A stretch of DNA of 20,000 bases from an uncultured virus (IMG/VR IMGVR_UViG_3300020048_000119) (lineage: Duplodnaviria; Heunggongvirae; Uroviricota; Caudoviricetes): positions 49,005 through 69,004 of IMG/VR virus record IMGVR_UViG_3300020048_000119. The stretch is one strand, 5' to 3'. This document shows, piece by piece, positions 15,674 through 20,000 of the stretch; position 1 is the first letter of the stretch, and each line of letters begins with the position of its first letter. The position numbers and the translations under genes are program-made. The notes below the pieces were generated by a model. The model was given only the letters and a program-made list of their open reading frames with translations, ran no database searches and was not told the origin of the DNA.

Positions 15674-16129
15674 TTATCTTGCGTCTAACAGGGCCTGAAG
15701 AGCATCAAGGTCGATCTTGCCGGCTTTGATCATATCAGCAACGTTAGCAGCGGTGATTTCCTGTGTCTTTCCTGTTGGAGCGATTCCTCTGGTATCCATG
15801 ATTGCTTTAACAGCATCAAGTCTAGCAGTGGTTCTTTCAATGGACTCAGGTTTAGATGCTGGATTTTTCTTTGTCTTGTAGAACACAGAGTTTGCATTTC
15901 TGTATTCAATCTTGAGTTGCTCATCAGTCATATCTTCAAGAGCGATTCCTGAAACAACTCCTCTAGCAGCTAATGACTTAGGCAGTTCAAAAGCGGTTCC
16001 GCAGTTAGGGCATGTTACCATTCTTGGTTTAGGGGCCTTCTTTTCTTTTGGTGCTGCGGCGTCTGCAACGGCAGCGAGTAAGTCTGCTTCAATAGCCTCT
16101 GGTTTTGTGAAGTCTACAGCTTCTTTCAT
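15674..16129 (-). CDS. Hypothetical early protein with a CPNC knuckle and Lys/Ala/Pro-rich linker (151 aa)
   Basis: ATG at 16129 with AAAGGAG SD, directly downstream of two promoters; AAAPKEKKAPKPRMVTCPNCG. Confidence 0.8.
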   Translation of the reverse strand: MKEAVDFTKPEAIEADLLAAVADAAAPKEKKAPKPRMVTCPNCGTAFELPKSLAARGVVSGIALEDMTDEQLKIEYRNANSVFYKTKKNPASKPESIERTTARLDAVKAIMDTRGIAPTGKTQEITAANVADMIKAGKIDLDALQALLDAR

Positions 16130-16206
16130 GATCGTTTCTCCTTTATTCTTTTTTATATTCTGAACTCCTGAAGAGTAACAGTCTCTTAAACTCATCTTCT
16201 ATATAT

Positions 16207-16235
16207 ATTATACTGCATTTTTCCTCTTCTGTAAA
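16207..16235 (-). promoter_or_regulatory. SigA/sigma70-type promoter
   Basis: TTTACA (16235-16230), 17-bp spacer, TATAAT (16212-16207). Confidence 0.85.
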
Positions 16236-16315
16236 TACCCCTAAATGTACAACTTTTTCAGCCATATGCCTGATTAAGCAGTTCTTGGGTTCTGTGCTTC
16301 TCTGACTCTATATAT

Positions 16316-16350
16316 ATTATACTATAAAAAGAAGACTGCGTAAGCCGTTT
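16316..16350 (-). promoter_or_regulatory. Second tandem promoter
   Basis: CTTACG, 17-bp spacer, TATAAT (16321-16316). The 17-mer TCTATATATATTATACT is identical at 16198-16214 and 16307-16323. Confidence 0.7.
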
Positions 16351-16430
16351 CTTAAAAGCTATTACAGCGTTGTGCCAAATGATTTTATACCTACTGTTGA
16401 GCACCCTGGAGCAGCGCAGGCCTTAGACTG

Positions 16431-16479
16431 ATTGTAAGATTGTAAGATTGTAAGATTGTAAGATTTGTAAGATTGTAAG
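16431..16479 (+). repeat. Tandem array of six ATTGTAAG units (fifth unit is 9 nt)
   Basis: Read directly: (ATTGTAAG)x4, ATTTGTAAG, ATTGTAAG. Confidence 0.98.
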
Positions 16480-16672
16480 ATTTTTGGGGAGCATAGGGCT
16501 AAAAATATTTTTCTTCCTAAGTGGCCGATCCTAAGTGTCTACTGTACTGTTTATTACTATTATATTATAGATTATTGAAAAAGGCGTAATAGTAATATGA
16601 GTGTTAACAATAGTCAGGTAGGAACAGTGCTGTTAGAAAACTTATTTTATAATCCCTATATACTCTAAAAAT

Positions 16673-16721
16673 CTTACAATCTTACAATTCTTACAATCTT
16701 ACAATCTTACAATCTTACAAT
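16673..16721 (-). repeat. Inverted tandem array of six CTTACAAT units (second unit is 9 nt)
   Basis: Read directly: CTTACAAT, CTTACAATT, (CTTACAAT)x4. Reverse complement of 16431-16479 with one mismatch. Confidence 0.98.
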
Positions 16722-16743
16722 CAGCTGCCTATGGTTATTTATG

Positions 16744-17394
16744 CTACAGTCTTTTAGCTACATTAAGTACAAACTGATCAAAGTATTTTGTATTTTCCAT
16801 TACCTTAAGCCAGTAGTCTTTTGAAGAAATCACACCCAGTGTAACAAGCTTTTCTAACGCTGCCATCTCTTCAGCGGATACATCATAAAGCACAGTAGGC
16901 CCAGCGCCAACTACTGTAGGACTAGCTATTATTCTGGTAAAGTATGGCTCAGGGTTAACTGCAGCTGTTGTAAAATATTTATCCGCGCTGCATAAACGTA
17001 CTTCAAAGTGTAGATGCGTTCCTGCTTCACCTACTGGAATACAGTGACCTGTATAACCCATATGGCCGATTACATCACTGGCTTTAACTATTTGGCCCAC
17101 TCTAACTTCCAAGGCTTTTTGATGACCGTACAAAGTACACCATGGTTGATTGGTTACATCTCTATGTTCAACTATTACGTAGTTTCCATAACCAGTAGTT
17201 ATACCGCCACTATTTATTTTAGCTATACGGACTACTCCGCCAACTACTTCAATAAGTGGATCGCCTGATACTCCTGGTTTTATTGGACCAAGGTCAACAC
17301 CAGCATGCAGAGTGTTAGTGCTGACCCTGGGACCGAAAGGAGAAACTTTACGCATGTTTTGCGTCGGGTTAGTTATGAAGTTTGGAAATACCAT
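16744..17394 (-). CDS. Endolysin, M23 family peptidase
   Basis: SPFGPR, HAGVD, GYGNYVIVEH, TLYGH, MG.TG and HLHFEVR motifs; follows a holin; short helical C-terminal domain. Confidence 0.92.
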   Translation of the reverse strand: MVFPNFITNPTQNMRKVSPFGPRVSTNTLHAGVDLGPIKPGVSGDPLIEVVGGVVRIAKINSGGITTGYGNYVIVEHRDVTNQPWCTLYGHQKALEVRVGQIVKASDVIGHMGYTGHCIPVGEAGTHLHFEVRLCSADKYFTTAAVNPEPYFTRIIASPTVVGAGPTVLYDVSAEEMAALEKLVTLGVISSKDYWLKVMENTKYFDQFVLNVAKRL

Positions 17395-17403
17395 AAGAAC
17401 CTC

Positions 17404-17742
17404 CTAGACACATGTGTCATCTTCTAATATGGCGGATTCATCAATGCTAGGCACACTGCTATCTACTGATACCGGAGTAGTTGTATTTATTGTCTGCGTC
17501 AATGTAGGTGCATTTACATATGGGCAGCCTGTTGTTGGCAATACTTCATTCTTTTTATTTTGTTGTGTCCCAAAGTAGAATGAAATAATCATGACAAAGA
17601 TTGTGTCAAACAATTCTGACGTCTCTTTATCTATTAGTGTAAGATATATAAATACCGCAGCAAATGCTATGGTTAGAATACTCTTAACTGCCATTAAGTT
17701 TGTAAGTCTAAGGCCTAGAGTCTCAAGGAACTTTTCTTTCAT
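17404..17742 (-). CDS. Putative holin
   Basis: Two hydrophobic segments (VKSILTIAFAAVFIYL; TIFVMIISFYFGTQ) directly upstream of the endolysin. Start at ATG 17742 from the GGAGG SD. Confidence 0.8.
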   Translation of the reverse strand: MKEKFLETLGLRLTNLMAVKSILTIAFAAVFIYLTLIDKETSELFDTIFVMIISFYFGTQQNKKNEVLPTTGCPYVNAPTLTQTINTTTPVSVDSSVPSIDESAILEDDTCV

Positions 17743-17822
17743 AATCGCCTCCATATCTCGTAGCCTAGTCTTATATCAATGATTATCACGACTGCTATGG
17801 CTACGTATAATAGTGTTAACAT

Positions 17823-20000
17823 TTACCAGAGAGCTATGGCTGAGTTATGAACTTTAAACAAACCCATAACTAGCGAATCGTATTCTGTGTCAGATAGTTT
17901 TACTTTAAACTCGTAAGTATATAAACCCGCCTCTAAATAGAGTGATGCCGGTATTACCACATTTACGATATTGCCGTCTGTTACTGTACAGTCTAGTAGT
18001 GTTGCTGGATTAGTATCTAACCCAAATTTAATTTCCATACCTGTTAGAACAGCGTCTGCGCCGAGAAGATCCCTAACCTCTAGTTCGAAGTATTTAGTTG
18101 AACCCTCTACTGCTTCTACTGTTGCACCTTTAGTGTAGCCCATTGTGCACCTCACTTTCATTGGATCCTTTAATATAGTGTATAGACTTACTGTATCACC
18201 TTTTTGACCTACTGTGTATATTAATCGTTGCCATACAATCTGCAGAGTAGTTATGTCTCTTCTTGCACGGCTTGAAATATAGGCCAATATTTTTGAAACT
18301 GTTTTAACTACTTTTAGTGTCTTTATTTGTTTTGCAGCAGCAGCACTACTGTTTGCTATAACCTCTTTGAAATAGTTGAAGAGGTTTTGCGCGCTTATAA
18401 AAGCACGTCCAACTACTTGTGTGGCTATTCGTTTTGTAGTGCTCATGGCTTTGGCGCCTGTAGCGTTAAGCGATCCGGCTACTAATCTTGTTATATCACT
18501 TGTTCGTCTAACTGTTGCTTTAGTGACTGCATTTATTCTTTTAATAATGCGATTTGTTTTTGTAGTTGTTACACCCACTGTTGCTCTTACGACAAGTCTT
18601 GCCTGTTTGCTTAGCTCGTAGAATACATTCGCGATTACGTTTATGCTGTGTGTTATTCTTACAAGCTTAGTGCCCATAGCAGCTACTCGTGCAGTAGTCA
18701 CTTTTAAGAATCTACTAATCTGTCTAGTTACACTGTCCCTAATAACTACTGCGGCTCTTGTTGTTCTTGTAATATTACGTTTTATTGGCACAGCCTGGAT
18801 AGCTACATTACTTACTATTGTTTTGTATATCGTTATAAAGTTTTCAACTAGTTGTTGTATTGAAGAGGCAAAGCTGCGGGCCTGAGCAATTACTAGCTTC
18901 GTGGTTGATCTACTGATTGTGGAAGCTATCTGCGTTACTGCTGTGAAGGTACTCTTCATTGCCCTGCTCGCTGTGATGCTTATTTTGCTTGTGGCCGACA
19001 CTATTCTACCAATAGTTCTTTTGAGGTTAGCCTGGGCTGCACCCGCTCCTCTCACTGCCTTAGTTGTTCCACGCTTAATCAATATGCTCGCAGCAATGCT
19101 TGTTGTGACTGTCTTGTACAGTGTGAACACATTATCGATTAAGTATGTTGACAATGCTGACACTACTTTGATAGCTGCTGTGATCGCTTTAGTTACTTTG
19201 CTGCTTCTTTGTGCTATAAGTGTTATTGTACTTAAAAGACTAGATGCAATCTTGCGTCCTATGCTGCTTGTAAGCTTCGCCGCCGCAAGTATGCTTCGTT
19301 TAGTATTTCTTCGTGTATTTGCAACCATCCTTATAGTACCGCTTAGTACACGCTTTGTAAATCTATTAGCAACAGCTATCATAGTTGTACGGGCGCTTAG
19401 TATCTTACGGGAAAGGGTTTTTCTGTTCCCAAGAGTTGCTATGTTTGCTGACACTGTCTTATAGAATGTAAATATATTATCAACTAGGTCACGTATCATA
19501 CTTCCAGAGCTTGCTATGTTTGCTGTCACTGTCTTATAGAGTGTAAACACATTATCCGTTAAGACGTGGAGCATGTTTGATAGGATTGATATGTTAGCTC
19601 TTATTGCTCTGAATGTTTTACTTGTCCTAGTCCCTATTGCATCTACTGTGCTGGTCTTAGTTTCTTTTATCGCTCTAGCAATGGTTCCTACATTCTTATG
19701 CAGCGCTGTGATAGCTCTCTTCATAGCTCTCTTTGCATTTGCTGTTACAGTATTTCTTCCTAAGACTATTCTCTTTATTAGCCTAGAGACTATTCCAGAG
19801 CTTACTATATTTGCTGTCACTGTCTTATAGAGTGTAAACACATTATCCGTTAAGACGTGAAGCATGTTTGATAGGATTGATACGTTAGCTCTTATTGCTC
19901 TGAATGTTTTACTTGTCCTAGTTCCTATTGCATCTACTGCGCTGTTCTTAGTTTCTTTTATCGCTCTAGCAATGGTTCCTACATTCTTATGCAGCGCTGT
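17823..20000 (-). CDS. Long cationic repeat protein, probable virion fibre/structural protein, with a C-terminal BppU-like beta domain (5' end outside the window)
   Basis: The frame stays open from 19865 to 20000 (TALHKNVGTIARAIKE...). 18-aa and 25-aa repeats; last gene before the lysis cassette. Function is inferred from position. Confidence 0.65.
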   Translation of the reverse strand, partial: TALHKNVGTIARAIKETKNSAVDAIGTRTSKTFRAIRANVSILSNMLHVLTDNVFTLYKTVTANIVSSGIVSRLIKRIVLGRNTVTANAKRAMKRAITALHKNVGTIARAIKETKTSTVDAIGTRTSKTFRAIRANISILSNMLHVLTDNVFTLYKTVTANIASSGSMIRDLVDNIFTFYKTVSANIATLGNRKTLSRKILSARTTMIAVANRFTKRVLSGTIRMVANTRRNTKRSILAAAKLTSSIGRKIASSLLSTITLIAQRSSKVTKAITAAIKVVSALSTYLIDNVFTLYKTVTTSIAASILIKRGTTKAVRGAGAAQANLKRTIGRIVSATSKISITASRAMKSTFTAVTQIASTISRSTTKLVIAQARSFASSIQQLVENFITIYKTIVSNVAIQAVPIKRNITRTTRAAVVIRDSVTRQISRFLKVTTARVAAMGTKLVRITHSINVIANVFYELSKQARLVVRATVGVTTTKTNRIIKRINAVTKATVRRTSDITRLVAGSLNATGAKAMSTTKRIATQVVGRAFISAQNLFNYFKEVIANSSAAAAKQIKTLKVVKTVSKILAYISSRARRDITTLQIVWQRLIYTVGQKGDTVSLYTILKDPMKVRCTMGYTKGATVEAVEGSTKYFELEVRDLLGADAVLTGMEIKFGLDTNPATLLDCTVTDGNIVNVVIPASLYLEAGLYTYEFKVKLSDTEYDSLVMGLFKVHNSAIALW
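19502..20000. repeat. 291-bp (97-codon) intragenic tandem duplication
   Basis: 19502-19709 is nearly identical to 19793-20000 at an offset of 291 bp; the second copy is cut by the window edge. Confidence 0.95.

Noticed and set aside
16130..16195. Upstream extension of the 173-aa ORF (start at 16195)
   Set aside because: This ATG lies only a few bases past the predicted TSS. The strong SD supports ATG 16129.
16431..16721. CRISPR array or MITE interpretation of the octamer arrays
   Set aside because: The units are 8 bp and abut with no spacers, there are no cas or transposase genes, and no target-site duplication is evident.
17742..17754. Holin dual-start (holin/antiholin) motif M-E-A-I-M
   Set aside because: The first ATG overlaps the SD of the second and lacks its own SD, and the extension has no basic residue as in lambda S107.
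1..20000. Stop-codon recoding or a suppressor tRNA
   Set aside because: Genes tile densely under the standard code, and TAA, TAG and TGA all occur as real stops followed by new SD/start sites.
19502..20000. Diversity-generating retroelement TR/VR pair
   Set aside because: The copies are in-frame tandem repeats within one ORF, the few differences are not confined to adenines, and no reverse transcriptase is in the window.

Overview
A 20-kb segment of a tailed dsDNA phage or prophage, probably of a Bacillota host (inferred from GGAGG Shine-Dalgarno sites, SigA-type promoters and an M23 endolysin). All credible genes are on the minus strand. In transcription order: (1) the end of a late/structural module, with a very basic repeat protein truncated by the window edge, a holin and an M23 endolysin. 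(2) A ~540-bp intergenic control region holding a ~300-bp degenerate palindrome (two mirror-image arrays of six ATTGTAAG units) and two tandem promoters. (3) An early gene, then a structured non-coding stretch with an aberrant tRNA-Gln-like element. (4) A long, tightly coupled replication and nucleotide-metabolism operon: SNF2-like helicase, VRR-NUC, sigma factor, ATP-dependent ligase, RNase H, putative SSB, a 983-aa zinc finger/TOPRIM primase fused to an MCM-type helicase, YqaJ exonuclease, dimeric dUTPase, divergent ThyX, dNMP kinase, degenerate HNH, dCMP deaminase and a wHTH protein. (5) A separately promoted family A DNA polymerase that runs off the window and is absent from the ORF track. 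The most unusual signals are the TOPRIM-MCM fusion, the mirrored octamer arrays (candidate origin or genome end), the tRNA-like element with an anticodon-loop insertion, a ThyX lacking several canonical arginines, and the hierarchical 18/25-aa cationic repeat protein. All calls come from manual motif reading; no searches were run.
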